This document shows, piece by piece, positions 1 through 15,855 of a stretch of 64,000 nt of DNA. Under the pieces are notes generated by a model. It had not been told where the DNA came from, made no database searches, and saw only the letters and a list, made by a program, of their open reading frames with translations. Each line of letters starts with the position of its first letter. Position 1 is the first letter of the stretch. A program made the translations under genes and the position numbers. This DNA is from the human T2T-CHM13v2.0 reference genome, Homo sapiens, in NCBI RefSeq assembly GCF_009914755.1, contig NC_060931.1, one strand, 5' to 3'.

Positions 1-1839
1 CACCACCTCTACTTGCTATGCCAGTGATGTACATATCCCTTACCCATCAGGACATACTCTGCAAATGCTGCACCACGTTCCCAGAACGTGCTCCTGTTTC
101 TTTCTACAGTGCTCCAAAAGATTTCTAAGATTATTTAATTGTGACATATCACTGCATCCCAAAAGAAAAAAATAATGAACTTTTGGCATCAATGGAAATA
201 TTCAACTATGGGGATATATGCATTTATACATAAGTTACACATATTTAAATCCTGTGTGAGCAAGCATGTGTTTTTCCAGACTTAACAAACAACAACAAAA
301 CTTATCTGTCTTGATCCTATTCATAGACCTAAGGCAAAATAGAAATTACTGTAATAACAAACTCATAGAAATACATGAGCATAATAACAGACTGCGAATA
401 GATTTAGTATTTTTCCATGTTCAGAAAACCAAGTCAGTGTAGCTCATATCCCTACCCTTTTTGTTTTATGGTTCTTGGCAATTCTTTTGATTATTTCTGT
501 TCTCAGGCAGGGCTGCCAAATCCTTTTCTCAGCTCCATCTACTCCACAGTTGAGGTCTCTTCGGTTCCAGCTCTTGCTCTGCTGCCAAGCTCCCCTTCAC
601 TGCCTTGGCATCAAAGACGAAATGTGGCCAAGGAAGGAAGCTCCCTAGCCATCAGCATGTGCAGGGCAAATCGGAATTTCCTTAAATCCTTCTCCTTAAA
701 AAGATCAAAGAGAGCATAGCTTTGCATCTTATAGTCCTTTTATTGAGAGTTTGTTTCTGCTTCTATTATGTCTGCCTCCTCCCCTGGTCCTTTTTCTTTA
801 TTTCTTCAATTATGTAAGCATAAAGTTGGTTTTTAAGTATGCAAGGACATAAAATACCAAGATTTTTAGTGTCTGTGCTGGCCAGAATGAAAATTAAGAG
901 ATCTGATGAGAGCTGAAATAACTGAGTTAGTAATTCTGATAAATATCCTGAACATACACTATGGTCTACAATTGAGTATATTGATTCTTAGAACTTACAT
1001 TGCTGTGCCACACAGTATCCGAGAGGTTGGTTAAATGTTAGCATGTATTTTAGGCAAAAGGTCAGCAAGTTTCTAACTTTTAAGAAGTTTCTGCAAAATT
1101 ATATCAGCCTCCCCAAAGGCCACCCCCACTTTTTTTTTTTAAATGATGTAATCAGAACTACTTTTCATTCTCTCAGGGATCCATCTATCTTCTGATAAAC
1201 TTCCTATCTACTTTTCCAAATCAATGTGACCAGTGTATACTTTGATTAGAATTTCCTGTTTTAGAATCCATTACTTTAAAAACAATTTATAAAGGCAAAA
1301 GATTGTGGGATTTGTTCTCCTCAAAGGTATAAAGCACAAAGTGAGGCATTATTAATACTTCTGAACACACGTAACAAAAGAAATCATTCAGCACCATTTC
1401 AGCATATTCCCCACTCAGGAGATTCATGCATATTTAAATGAATTAATTTATTTTCTGCAATTTGCTCTTTAAGTGCTTAAGTGCTCATTTGCTGTTGCTT
1501 ATTTCAAGATTCTGTGCCCTTGTTTTCTGAGTCACCAACTTATAGCTTGAGTGCTCCAGGTGTATTTATGCTCCCAAAGTATTTTAAATTACCCATTAGG
1601 AAATCCAATTTCCTATTTATAAGACTCAGAAGTGATTTTCCACTGTTACCTTTTTCTTAATTAAGAATATAGGCCTAAATTCACAGCTAAGTTTTTGGTA
1701 CAATATTTATTTATTGGCTCTATGACAGTCAATATTATAGAATGTCACCAATATTAGACTCTCAGTCACTTAAGATGGGCTACTCTTGGATTCTATTGGG
1801 ATTGACATTTTGGGTATCCATAAAAATCATCACCGTAAC

Positions 1840-2050
1840 AACATCCACTACTTACACTGTGTGCCAAGCACTGGACATGCTCTATCTCATTTAGTCCTTT
1901 CAACATTCCTATGAAGAGTTATTATTTTCTCTATCATTATTTGTTTTACAGATGAGAAAATATAACTTAGAGAGGTGAAACACAAGGTCACATACCTAGC
2001 AAGTAGCAGAACCAATATTTAAAGCCCGCTCCGTCGTCCTTCCAAACTTT
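1840..2050 (-). mobile_element. MIR SINE
   Basis: Reverse-complemented MIR core: 'ttttacagatgagaaaa...cttagagaggtgaaa...caaggtcacatacctagcaagtagcagaacc'. Confidence 0.7.
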
Positions 2051-2059
2051 ATAACGATC

Positions 2060-3100
2060 CATTTGTGTCTAAGGCATGTGATTGTGTTTTGGCAGGTATA
2101 GAAATGACTGACTGAGACCCAACTTCTGCTTTTAAAGACACTCAATAATCTCATTCAATAATTTCAGACAGTGATGATTGCAATAAAGAAAACAAAACAG
2201 GGTGATGTGCTGGAGAAGCTTTGTTGGTGGGTTGGTCATGCTAATGCAGATCTGGTTATTAGAAACAACCTCCTTAAAGAAGTAACATCTAAGCTAAGAC
2301 TCAAAAAATACAATGTGGGACATCCACTGAAAGACAGGAAAAATGGTATTCCAGGCAGAAGGAAAAGCAGGTACAAAGGCCTAAGGCAGAAACTGAAAGG
2401 TCACTGAGACTAGAGTTAAGTGAGTGAAGGGAAACTGGCACCTAGGCTGGGGAAGAGAGAACAAACCAGGTCATGAGATGCAGGCAAGAGTGTGGCTTTT
2501 ATGCTAAATGTGAAGGAAAGCCATTAGAGGGTGCCAAACTGGGGAGTGACATAAGTAAGTTTTATTTTGGCTTCAAAAAGATTGCTCTGGTTGTTTTGCA
2601 AAGAATGATTAGACAAAGTGATCAGTAAGGAAGGAGACCACTGCAGGATTCCATGGTAGAGATCACCTAGACTAGGATGGGACTAGGAGATGGAGAAAAG
2701 GGAAGAATGAGTTTAAGGATTTGGGTTTGAGCTGTTGGGTAGATGGTGGTTTACTGACATGGGGAAAACTGAACAGGTGAGGCAAAAATCAGGTTGTCGT
2801 TTATGGTCACCGGGTTAGACAAGGTTTTTAGGCATTCATTCAACAAAGATTTACTGAACAACTCAGTGCTCTTGAGGGCACTAGAGATAAGTTGTTAACA
2901 AAGCAGATGAAGTTTCTATGCTCTAGTTAGCTTACATCCCAGGAATCTTGGTACAAATGGAATAATCAGAGAGGGCAGGAAGGGAACTATGTATTTGAGA
3001 AACAATGGCATTTAGATGTATTTAAAGCCATGGGTCATGGTAAGATCATTTAGGGAGAATTTACAGATAAAAAGAAGAAAAGGACCCAGGACCAGACCAA
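2060..3100 (-). mobile_element. L2 LINE fragments
   Basis: Purine-rich antisense L2 signatures: 'gaaagccattagagggtg...ggagtgacat', 'gattgctctggttgttttg', 'cattcattcaacaaagatttactgaac'. Confidence 0.6.
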
Positions 3101-3308
3101 GCAAAGGGACATTTTTTATTGAGAAATGGCGTACGCAAAACATATTTGATGACTTCTAGTTTAAAAACTTGTCTTTTTTTTGAAAATACTGACTGACATG
3201 GCAAAGTGACCTCCCCTCTATCCCCTATTGTATTTTTAGATTGCTTAGATACAAGTACAAGAAATTTGTTGATGCGCTACTCTCATTTTCTTCTTCCATT
3301 CAATACCC

Positions 3309-3634
3309 TTTTTCTTTTTTTTTTTTTAATTTTCTTTTTCTATTTTTTTTTTCGAGACAGAGTCTCACTCTGTCGCCCAGGCTGGAGTGCAGTGGCTCGA
3401 TCTAGGCTCACTGCAAGCTCCGTCTCCCAGATTCACACCATTCTCCTGCCTCAGCCTCCCGAGTAGCTGGGACTACAGGGGCCTGCCACCATGCCTGGCT
3501 AATTTTTGGTATTTTTAGTAGAGACGGGGTTTCACCGTGTTAGCCAGGATGGTCTCGATCTCCCGACCTCATGATCCACCTGCCTCGGCCTCCGAAAGTG
3601 CTGGGATTACAGGTGTGAACCACCACGCCCGGCC
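3309..3634 (-). mobile_element. AluY
   Basis: Full dimer with T tail; AluY diagnostics 'gcaagctcc', 'ccattctcc', 'ttagccaggatggtctcgatc'. Confidence 0.92.
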
Positions 3635-3645
3635 AATACGTTCTT

Positions 3646-4137
<492 letters not shown>

Positions 4138-4689
4138 TTAATTCATCCGAAAAATTACACAGAAAACCCAACTAACTATAAAACTTGAACCATGAAGCTC
4201 TAAATAATTTGTGACTGCCATAACAATTAATGGTAAATCTGTAACAGCAGCTGAATCCATGAGTCACCTTCAGATGAGGGGGAAAGCACATACAATTTCC
4301 ATAACGCTGATTCTAACTCCACAGGTTTCTTTTCAGTTCAAGGAAGTACACTAAATTGACAGTGAGAGGCATGATTTTTAGGAGTAAATTTTAATCTGCT
4401 TTAATGAGTTTTTAAAAACTCAGTCAAAATCATGAGTACTTACACTTAGTTACAGAGTACTTGGGGCCTAATTGACAAGTGATTGAGACATATTGTGGCA
4501 CTTGAGAACCGCTGCCCAAGGGCAGGCTTGCCCACAGTCAGGGCCTCCAGTCCACTCTGCCCACTATTTCCTACTACAATTCTGCTAGAGGGAAATTCAG
4601 AACTGAAAAATACTTTATGTTCAACATAGTTTAGTCCATGTTGTGGTTCAAAATGTAACCCACTCTCCTTGATAAGTATTTTAAACTTT

Positions 4690-5350
4690 CTAAATCCTAC
4701 CCTTAACCCAGTGCCTTATCCCCGATGCTGTGGTCTCTGTCTTGGTAAAGACTCTTGCCACCTATCAGTTCTGTCATCTCTGAGTGTCTTCACCTTCATA
4801 CCTAACTCATCATCTCTCATTTCGTTGTCTCTACTTTCAAAGGTGGAGCTAAACACACTTTTCTCGAAGGGCTCCCATCCCCAGTCTGAATTCCATCTTC
4901 CATCTTGAGGAATACCACTTCCACACTTCACCCATCCTTTCCCCGTTTCTTCCATCTCTCCCTGGATCTCTGGAGTTTCCTGGTCCTTTTGATCTTTCAA
5001 CATAAGTAGACTCCTTTCATCTTGGACATAAAGGCCTTCTTGATAATGAAGCCTTCACATGTATATATCTTCTCATATCACTGATAAACTTCTTTTTAAA
5101 AGTTTAATTTCCTGCCATTGTGCTTTCAGTATGTTTTTAATACCTCCTTAATGAATAGAAATCTGGCTTCTGTTCCTACTATGCTATTACTCCTCTGCAT
5201 TTTTAAGAGTGACCAATGCATTTCTTTAGTAAAAATCCAACAATTTTAATCTCTTTTACATAAGATCCAACTTATTAATCCCTCTTTCAATGATAGCTTA
5301 ATTCTTGGCTAACTTCTTCCTGGCCTGCTCACCGTTCACTCTTTGCCTTT
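4690..5350 (+). mobile_element. Old L2 fragment
   Basis: Pyrimidine-rich, with 'atctggcttctgttcctactatgctatt...gtgaccaatg...aaaatccaac' resembling the L2 RT region. Confidence 0.45.
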
Positions 5351-6339
5351 TGTTTTTTATATAGGATCTGCTATTTTTTTTTTTTTTTTTTTACTAATCT
5401 GTAAATATGACAGTTTCCCAGGGCTAAGTAACCCCTTTAGTTACTTCTTCTAGTTAACAATGACAGAGAAATGTGTAAGATCTGAATATTTAAAAGCAGC
5501 AACCCTGATAAGAAATCCTATTATTAATCAATGCCAATTAAGCATCTAATATTAAGGATTTACTAACTACGATGAGCAAAACATGAAGGGCCTATAAACT
5601 AAAAGAGTATACAACCTAGTTATGTAGATAAAACATACAAAATAACTGGAACAAACATAAACCCACCTTTTACATATGTGTAACACCATTACGAATGCCT
5701 GTTGGAAACAGTAGAGTAAGGTGAACTAAGATTTTTCTGTTTTCTTTCTTTTTGCAAAGCAAATATTACAAGTTTCATGAATGAGGACACAATAATGCAA
5801 GAACCAATTTCATTTGCCTTTGTTTTTACAATGATGTCTGCTCTCAAATAAGAGTTCTGTACAATTTTCAGCATCTAAAAGGAGAATGAATCTAAATGAA
5901 ATGCTTTAGACCTTGACTCACGCTCAGAGCAGTAAAGAAATGAGTCAGAAAAAAACATCCTAGGGAGCAGAGGATGCATTTAAAACTCCAAATCCCCCGA
6001 AAGGCAATAATTTCCAAAAATTCCTCCACTGCCACTCCCTAGGTAAGCCCCTGTCTGGACACACACAGAGACACACACACATACACTCACTCAGACTCAA
6101 AAACCCTCTTTTGTAATAGGCACATTTTTGGATCGTATTACTTTAAACCATATCAACTTCTGGCAGGGTTTGCAAGTATTTTTACCCTTAAAATGGAACT
6201 TATCCTTCATTCTTCTAATTGCTTTAAAAGTTATAATAAAGAACTCTTGCTTGAACATTTTTTACCATAGCACAATTAGTTCCGTGTCCCATTACAGAAC
6301 TCGTGTGGGTAAAATGCACTTGCTGATTTTAAAAAGGTG

Positions 6340-6630
6340 GTTAATTACATAAAATATGCAAAGGTACTATTCTGGATGACTAGGAGGGGACACAGAAGAC
6401 AAGCACCAAATTCTTGAGGCAAATCCATTCTAGTCAAGGGAATAAGAAATATACACAAATAATGATGCTATTTATATGGAAGAGTTACATGGTATACTTT
6501 AGGAATTCAAAGGAAAGAGAAATTGCATTTAGTTATAAAAGCTTCATGAAGGATGTGATCTGAAATGGCCCTTGTAGATGAGTAACATTTGTGCAGGGGG
6601 AGACGTTAAAGGGAGAACACATTCTGAGAA
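6340..6630 (-). mobile_element. L2 fragment
   Basis: 'cattctagtcaaggg...gcttcatgaaggatgtgatctgaaatggcccttgtagatgagta' matches antisense L2 3' region. Confidence 0.5.
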
Positions 6631-7293
6631 TACCAGGGGGTGAGGTCATGTATTATGGGGAAAATGGAATATGTGTTGGACCTCAAATGCTTTTAATAGG
6701 CTCTCAGGAGGAGAGGATAAAATAGTACAATTCTATTACTGAGAATAAAGAAGAAAGACTAATGCTAGAGATGAAAAAGATTTTGAGATAGTTTAGTTCA
6801 AAGTTACTCATTTTAAAGAAAGAGAGCTACATAGTAAGGATAGGGGAGAACAGAGCGCATATTTATATCACCATTGCAGCAGCAGGGGATGAGGAGGAGA
6901 AGGCTGCCAGAGCTAGCTCTGTCCTCATTCACTTTGTCCTACAAGCACAAGCCAGACTTCTCCTCCCTTTGGTACTGCACCCACCTATAGGGAATGAGCC
7001 TCATTTATTAAATTTATATGGTAGTTGGCATGTACCATGGCAGCAGGAAATGGCATCTCTTCACTGTTATCTCTAGAAAATCAGCATTTGGTGGGATACA
7101 AGTTAGTGAAAACACCACAAGTTTCAATTTACATTTTTCTTAATTGTATGTCAGATTTCAATTGTCCACAATTTGTTTCTCTCTCCTGGCAGACTTTCCA
7201 CTTGTACACTGCACATAACTAATTTCTTAAAGGTTAAGATAAAAATTAGTTATCATCTGTAGTTGTTTAAGAAAAGAGAGTCTGAAAGCATTC

Positions 7294-7402
7294 TTTTTTC
7301 CTAAGCACATGAAGACACACACACACACACTTTTTTCCTAAACACGTTTTTCCCTTTTTCCTAAGCACATTAAGACACACACACACACACACACACACAC
7401 AC
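7294..7402. repeat. Tandemly duplicated unit containing two (CA)n microsatellites
   Basis: 'tttttcctaagcacat(g/t)aaga(CA)n' occurs twice, about 60 bp apart. Confidence 0.9.
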
Positions 7403-8020
7403 GAAAAACCGGATTTAGAGATAGATAGTTGCGAGGGAAAACTTGTTAATTTGAAATTAAATGTGTCCAGAAAATAGGTGAGTGGCAAAGGCTGCTGTGC
7501 TTCTCCAGAAGTGAAACCTTGCAATTAAGATGAGAAGACAGCCCAAGTGTGACGCTGGCGCTGGAGCGGCCGGGGGATCTCAACACGGCTAATGAATCAT
7601 CATCAAAGTGATTTATTGACTGCGGCCAGAGCTTCAACTCTGTCTCAGTGTAAATGAGGAATAATAATAATTTCCCAGTACTCGCTTGGCTGTGAACTTC
7701 TAAAGAGTGAGAACCTTCAGCAGGAGATGATAAACTGTAGTGATGCCATAGGACGTCTTCTTCCACAATGTTCAAAGCCACTGTCATACAGTGAACTACA
7801 TCTCATAAAACCGACAAGAGACGGGTATGCACAACGCGATGTCATCCCAACACAGCTTCCAAGCAAAAGTCCCCTGAGTCTCATCCTATTACAGCTTCTC
7901 ATGGGGACCGTTCATTGCTGCCACACAGGAATGTAAGGAGGAGAGGGATGCCTCCTTAGAATATCAAGCTCCTGACATTTAGGATCTGGACTCACGCGCT
8001 TCTCTGTGGCTTCAGCGACC
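7400..8020. promoter_or_regulatory. CpG-enriched candidate enhancer or weak promoter
   Basis: About 19 CpG in ~620 bp of unique DNA; clustered TAATGA, TGAATCA, ATCAAAG and TGATTTAT motifs at ~7590-7620. Confidence 0.45.
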
Positions 8021-8328
8021 ATGGTTTTCAAACCAAAAGAAACCTTGGATACCATCTATCATCATATATACAATCAGTCCTCTTTGTATATATGAAGAAT
8101 CCATGTTACTTGTAGTACCATTTAATTCATTAGTTACAGAGTCAGACTTTGAACCCTATTGTCATCTTCCCTCCTCATTATGAATTGAAGTAAACAGATA
8201 CATACTTTGTTTCTGCTACATTTTAAGGAACAGTCAAGGTATAAATTACATACAGAGAAGGTAAGTTATATATTATGCAATAATCTCCAGAGATTTTTTT
8301 TTGTCAAGATGTTTAAAGCACTGATTTG

Positions 8329-8589
8329 AGTGGGAGCTAACACTGAGTACACACGGACACAAAGAAGGGAACCAGAGACATCGGGCCTACTTGAGGGCAG
8401 AGGGTGGGAGGCGGGTGGGAGGCGGGTGGGAGGAGGGTGAGGATTGAAAAACTGCCTATCGGGTACCATACTTACTACCTGGATGACAAAATAATATGTA
8501 TAGCAAACCCCCCAACATGTAATTTATCTAGAGAGCAAACCTGCCATGAACCCTAAAGCTAGAAGTCAAAAAACAAAAAAAATTAAAAA
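8329..8589 (+). mobile_element. L1PA15/16-like 3' end
   Basis: 'ggacacaaagaagggaac...gaggattgaaaaactgcctatcgggtac' followed by an A tail; degenerate TSD. Confidence 0.85.
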
Positions 8590-9529
8590 GGCATGGATTT
8601 GTTCTTGTTTTTGGCTCTTATAATATTCTCAAAGCCAGAGGATCTTTACCCTCTCTTGCTAGTTCAATCCTACTCTTTTCTCTGGAATGGAAAGAAAATA
8701 CTGTATAATTCCCTGACGCACCCCTTTAGCTTGGGAATTTACCTGCTCTCCATGTAACCTATGCCTTGATTTTCCTTGAAGTATAGCTATATATGCATAT
8801 AGCTATGCAAATACTTCACTACTATTTGGGATACATGGGTATATGTAAAAGGTCTCTGATGCAGATACTTCTATTTTGGTCTCCATAATGGGCATTTCTC
8901 CAGTTTGATCTCCCCTCCTTTTAATTTAAACCTAGTGTTCTCCAAATATTTTTAGCTTTTTTACAGTTTGATCTCCAAACAATCTAGAGGACAAAGTGGT
9001 GGCTCACTGCTGAAAAAGCCCTGCATGCAGTGTAAACCTCCTGCAGCCTTGTCTTCCTAGCTCTATTAACATTGTTCTTTTTCACCCTTTAATCTTTAGA
9101 CACTCAAAAACACTGTTTTAACCATTTATTCCCCTTTGTGGATGCTAAATATATCTTTTTTCTTCCCTCGAATCCTTACCACAAATTCTTGGAGAACCAC
9201 GATGAATGCTAACAATTTATAATTACCCTAGAAATCAGATATCACAGTAAGCCTAAGTTACACTTAAATTACACACTACAAATCTACTAGCTTGTGCACT
9301 TGTGGTTCATGGAGTGGAAAGGAATCTCTTGGATGGTGCCTGAAACCTGATTTTAACTGCTAAGATGTTTGCTATCTTGTTTGTCTTTGAGCCGGCCCAA
9401 TTTCAGAAAAATTTCATTGTCATTTAGAAAAATGACTTGGAAATAGGCTATTTCACTACTACCACATCCAACGATTTTAAAAATGGTTATGTAAATAACT
9501 AATGATGAATCCATTTTATGTATATAGAG

Positions 9530-9630
9530 GACTAGGTTAGAAAATATGAACTTAGACAATTCATCTGGCATCTTGTGTCTCATCTTGTTTTCTCATCTAT
9601 AAAATGGGGATGATAATACTTCACATTTAA
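9530..9630 (+). mobile_element. MIR fragment
   Basis: MIR core 'ttttctcatctataaaatggggatgataatac'. Confidence 0.6.
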
Positions 9631-11448
9631 AAAAGGTTGATATTATACCAGAATGAGAATGAGTATAGAGATACAACAGGTAGGAGATACATGAAAGACT
9701 TATTCAAGATTTAAAGTATTGTTATTTGGAACCAGCAGAAAATTATATCCAGTGTGCCATTCCCAGAGCAAAAGTTTATTCACCTGCACCCTTGATTCTT
9801 TCTCTACAACTCATGTAATCACCAAAAGTTATTGCTTTCTTGTCTCAGTGTATTAACTGGATGGTTGAATGCACAGAGCTCACATCTGAATCAGCACAAA
9901 ACTGAAACCCAGAGGAGGGGAAATAGAAAGGGAGTCGGGCTTACACTGAAGTCATTCTCATCACTCAACGTGCCCACACAAATACTGGGAAATCAACTCA
10001 TTTAAACAACTTGGGAGGCAAGCTTGGGTTATAATAATGTTCTTGAATGCAGGTCAGTGAAAAATTGGCCTGCACACAAATTCCCACTTGTCATATTCTC
10101 TACAAATGCACATTGATTGTTTTCATATTTAAATGCCCAGAATCAACCACAACAAATGTGTCAGGTTGTTGCGAGTTTTTTAAAAAACAAAACAGGATGA
10201 ACTATGGCATATGGTAAATTATTGTGGGTTCCTTGTGCTCTCAGCAGAATCACAAAAGGGCAAGGACTTAAGAGAAATCATTTGTGTCTGGTTCAAATCC
10301 TACAACATAGAAAATGGAACTGGAGCTGAGTTAATGAAATATATTATTAAATCCCAGTTTGTAGTTGGCTGTGTGTCATTAGTCTTATATGCCTGAAAAA
10401 TGTAGTATTTGCTTACAAGTAGAATACTATACAGTCTTCAGAATGACATAATCTAAAAAGTAATCTTGTTTTTCCGTGTATTTTTCTCTATAGACAAATA
10501 ATATCTCCTGCTAATCAACCCCCTCCCCACACTTTGCCTTCTTCATAAAAGCTAGGTCCGAGAGCTTCCCACGATTGCCAGCTGGTGCAATCATTCCTCA
10601 ATGCTAATACTCGGAACTCATCAAAGGTGGCAGTTTTGTGGTCTATAATCCCCAACTGACCAAATCTCATACGTAATAAAAAACCTAAACTTGTATTATA
10701 TCAGAGTGTAGGTATATGCGGGTGTGGAAGGGGGAGGAGTAAGAGTGATAGCCATGTAAGTAGTCCACCAGCAGTTTAATGGTGTATGTGTGCTCAGAGA
10801 AGTCATTGATAATAAGGACCTTTAGAGTCCTGAGACTCTGATAACATGCGGCCAGAAAGGCAACAAAAACAGGAGGGAGAAAGTTTTGACTCTTTCTTGT
10901 TGCCTTTACAGCCACATGTTTTTAGAGTCTCGGGAATTTTATTTCCACATCAGATTGCTGCCTGTTATTGGTATAAAGTATCAGTCTCTCGTATAAGAAC
11001 AACTTAAAAAGGCTAAAAACAGAAAAGACATGCAAAAAGGCTGGGAAACATATGTCTAAGAAGAGACTGGATAAAACCTGCCACAGAGTGAAGAGTGAGC
11101 TCTAGCCTAAGTAAACCTGCTGACTTCCTTCCTGGTTCTGAAGCATCAAAATACACACGTGGCAAAACTTACTACAATTTTGGAGAACAGTAACTACATT
11201 GAATGGAAAAGGTAGACCTCATTCCCTGTTGAGGGCATCAAATAAATCCTACTTGCAAAATTTGTTTTGTTTATGTCTTGATTCTTAACTGCAAGTTACC
11301 TGAGGCAAGATGAATGACAACACTAAGTTTTTCAAATAGAATACAATTATATACCGTTTTTATACATCGATTCAATTGTACAGATTCAATGGCATATAAT
11401 TGTATTCAAGAAGTATTATTTTAGAAAATCACTGGATTACTATCTGAT

Positions 11449-11979
11449 ATAGTAGGCTGAATAATGGACCACTAAAAAGTCCTCAATTGTAATCCCCGGA
11501 ACCTGCCAATATGCTACTTACATGGCAAGAGGAACTTTACAGATGTGATTAAGTCTGATTAATCTGATTAGTCTTGGGACGGGATTATCCTTGGCTATCC
11601 AGGTGGTCCTAGTGTAGTCACAAGTTCCTTAAAAGAAGAAGGCAGAAGACTCAGAGTCAGAAAAAAAAAAAAAAGTGACACCAGAAAGAGAGGTCAGAAA
11701 AAGAGGGAGAGAGATTTGAAGCTGCTATGCTGCCAGTCTTGAGGATGGAGGAAAGGGTTAGGAGCCAAGAAGTGTGGGTGGCCTTTAGAAGCTGGAAAGG
11801 GTTAGAAAAAACTTCCCTCTTGCAGCTTGCAGGAGGAATGAAGCTCTGCCAATGCTTGTATTTTAGTCTCATGAGACTCATTTTTGACTGTCCTCCAAAC
11901 TGTAAAATCATGACTTTGTGTTGTTTTAGGCCACTAAGTTTGTGGTAATTTGTTACAGCAGCAATAGGGAACTGATAAA
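11449..11979 (+). mobile_element. MLT1D-like MaLR solo LTR
   Basis: Starts 'tagtaggctgaataatgg', contains 'ctttacagatgtgattaag', ends 'ccactaagtttgtggtaatttgttacagcagcaatagggaactgata'. Confidence 0.85.
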
Positions 11980-12267
11980 TCTGAAAACTTACATCATGAA
12001 AATTTTAACAAATATTGTCAATTTTTTTCATCTACCTATCATCAAACAACACCCATTCTAAGTCTGTCTGTTATCTCTCTATCTATTTATCTATCTTCAA
12101 ATATACTGTCAAACATAAAAAATTTTCTACACTGTAAAATTCCCTCTATGTCACGTACCCCACATTCTGTATCTTGCCTGCCAACTCTACTTTAATTGGG
12201 TTGTTCCTGCTGCCTTGCTGACTTCCCCAGTTTCTCTCTTGAATACCTCAACTTGAAGAGCAAATCT

Positions 12268-14680
<2,413 letters not shown>

Positions 14681-14899
14681 CATATCATTTCGTTCTAGCT
14701 TAGTCTACTAGAACTAGAATCAATGCTTGCCTCCTAGAAGATCATACCGGTCTGATTCCTCTTGCTTACCTTGGCTCAAAGTCATGGCCATGATCCTTTT
14801 TAGACAAAGATAGCATAGCATAGCTCTTTGTGAGACCTCTTCCCAGTACACAAATACGGAAGTGACATAACCAGCCCTTTGTTTCCAGGGCTACCCCTG

Positions 14900-15440
14900 A
14901 CCTCTACTTGGAAGTTAAATGGTATTTTGCAATAACAAAATACACTTTTTTAAAAAGACCGCAACAGCTTGTGATCCTTAAAATATCATGAGTGACTGCA
15001 ATTTGGTTTGTTAACAAATAGTTTTTAAAAGGTAAAATAATGGCTCATACAAATATAAAATGAACATGACAGATATTTTATTTAAGTCATTAATTAATGA
15101 GAAAACCTGTAAATAAAAAAAAAAACTGCTTCAAGGAGACTCTACAAAGGACAGACACATCTACAGATAATTGGGAATGCTGACATGAGTTTGCTAATGA
15201 ATAGGAAACTGGCCAATTCTATAGGGTGAGAATCCACTGCATTTTAACAGAACAAAAGCTCATTTGACTTATACAAACAGTAATCATTTACATTACAATC
15301 AGCCCCTTACAAGTTAGCTTCTAACTAAACAGAGTTGTAAAATAATCAAAAACAATGAAGGGCTTAAGTTTCCTATAGAATCAGATAACCCTGAAAGGAT
15401 CTTTTAGAGACCAGGCCTAACAATCCATCAGAAGACATTC
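14900..15440. mobile_element. Probable hAT DNA transposon relic (Arthur1/Tip100-like)
   Basis: 'aagctcatttgacttatacaaacagtaatcatttacattacaatc' resembles my recollection of the Arthur1 consensus; unverified. Confidence 0.35.
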
Positions 15441-15475
15441 AGGAATCTTTCTGTTTCGTATTTTTCACTGTTCAC

Positions 15476-15855
15476 TTTTATTTTAGGTTCAGGGGTACAT
15501 GGTCAGGTTTGTTGTATAGGTAAACTGCATTTTATGAAGGTTTGGTATACAGATTATTTTATCACCTGGGTAATAAGCATGGCCCCTGATAGGTATTTTT
15601 TCTGATCCTCTCCCTAATCCCACCCTCAAGTGGGCCCCAGTGTCTACTGTTCCACTCTTTGTGTTCATGTATTCTCATTGTTTAGCTCCCACTTATAAGT
15701 GAGAATACTTCGTGCGTTATTTGGTTTTCTGTTCCTACATTAGTTTGCTTTGGATAATGACCTCCAGCTCCATCCATGTTAATGCAAAGGACATGATCTC
15801 ATTCTTCTTAATGGCTGCATAGTGCTCCATGGTTTATATGTATCACATTTTCTTT
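15476..15855 (-). mobile_element. Old L1PA (PA13-15-like) 3' end, copy A
   Basis: 'ttttattttaggttcaggggtacatg...tttagctcccacttataagtgagaa' is an antisense L1PA 3' UTR. Confidence 0.85.

Noticed and set aside
417-719. 100-aa ORF
   Set aside because: No recognisable homology or splice structure; consistent with a chance ORF.
4716-5003. 95-aa charged ORF on the - strand (MLKDQKDQETPEIQ...)
   Set aside because: It reads the purine-rich antisense strand of a probable L2 relic; no recognisable domain or exon boundaries.
8782-8808. AT-rich near-palindrome
   Set aside because: Low-complexity TA-rich sequence, expected by chance.
14764-14772. Strong - strand donor AAG|GTAAGC (similarly GAG|GTAAGT near 24405-24413)
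   Set aside because: No convincing paired acceptor or ORF; such sites are frequent by chance and in LTRs.
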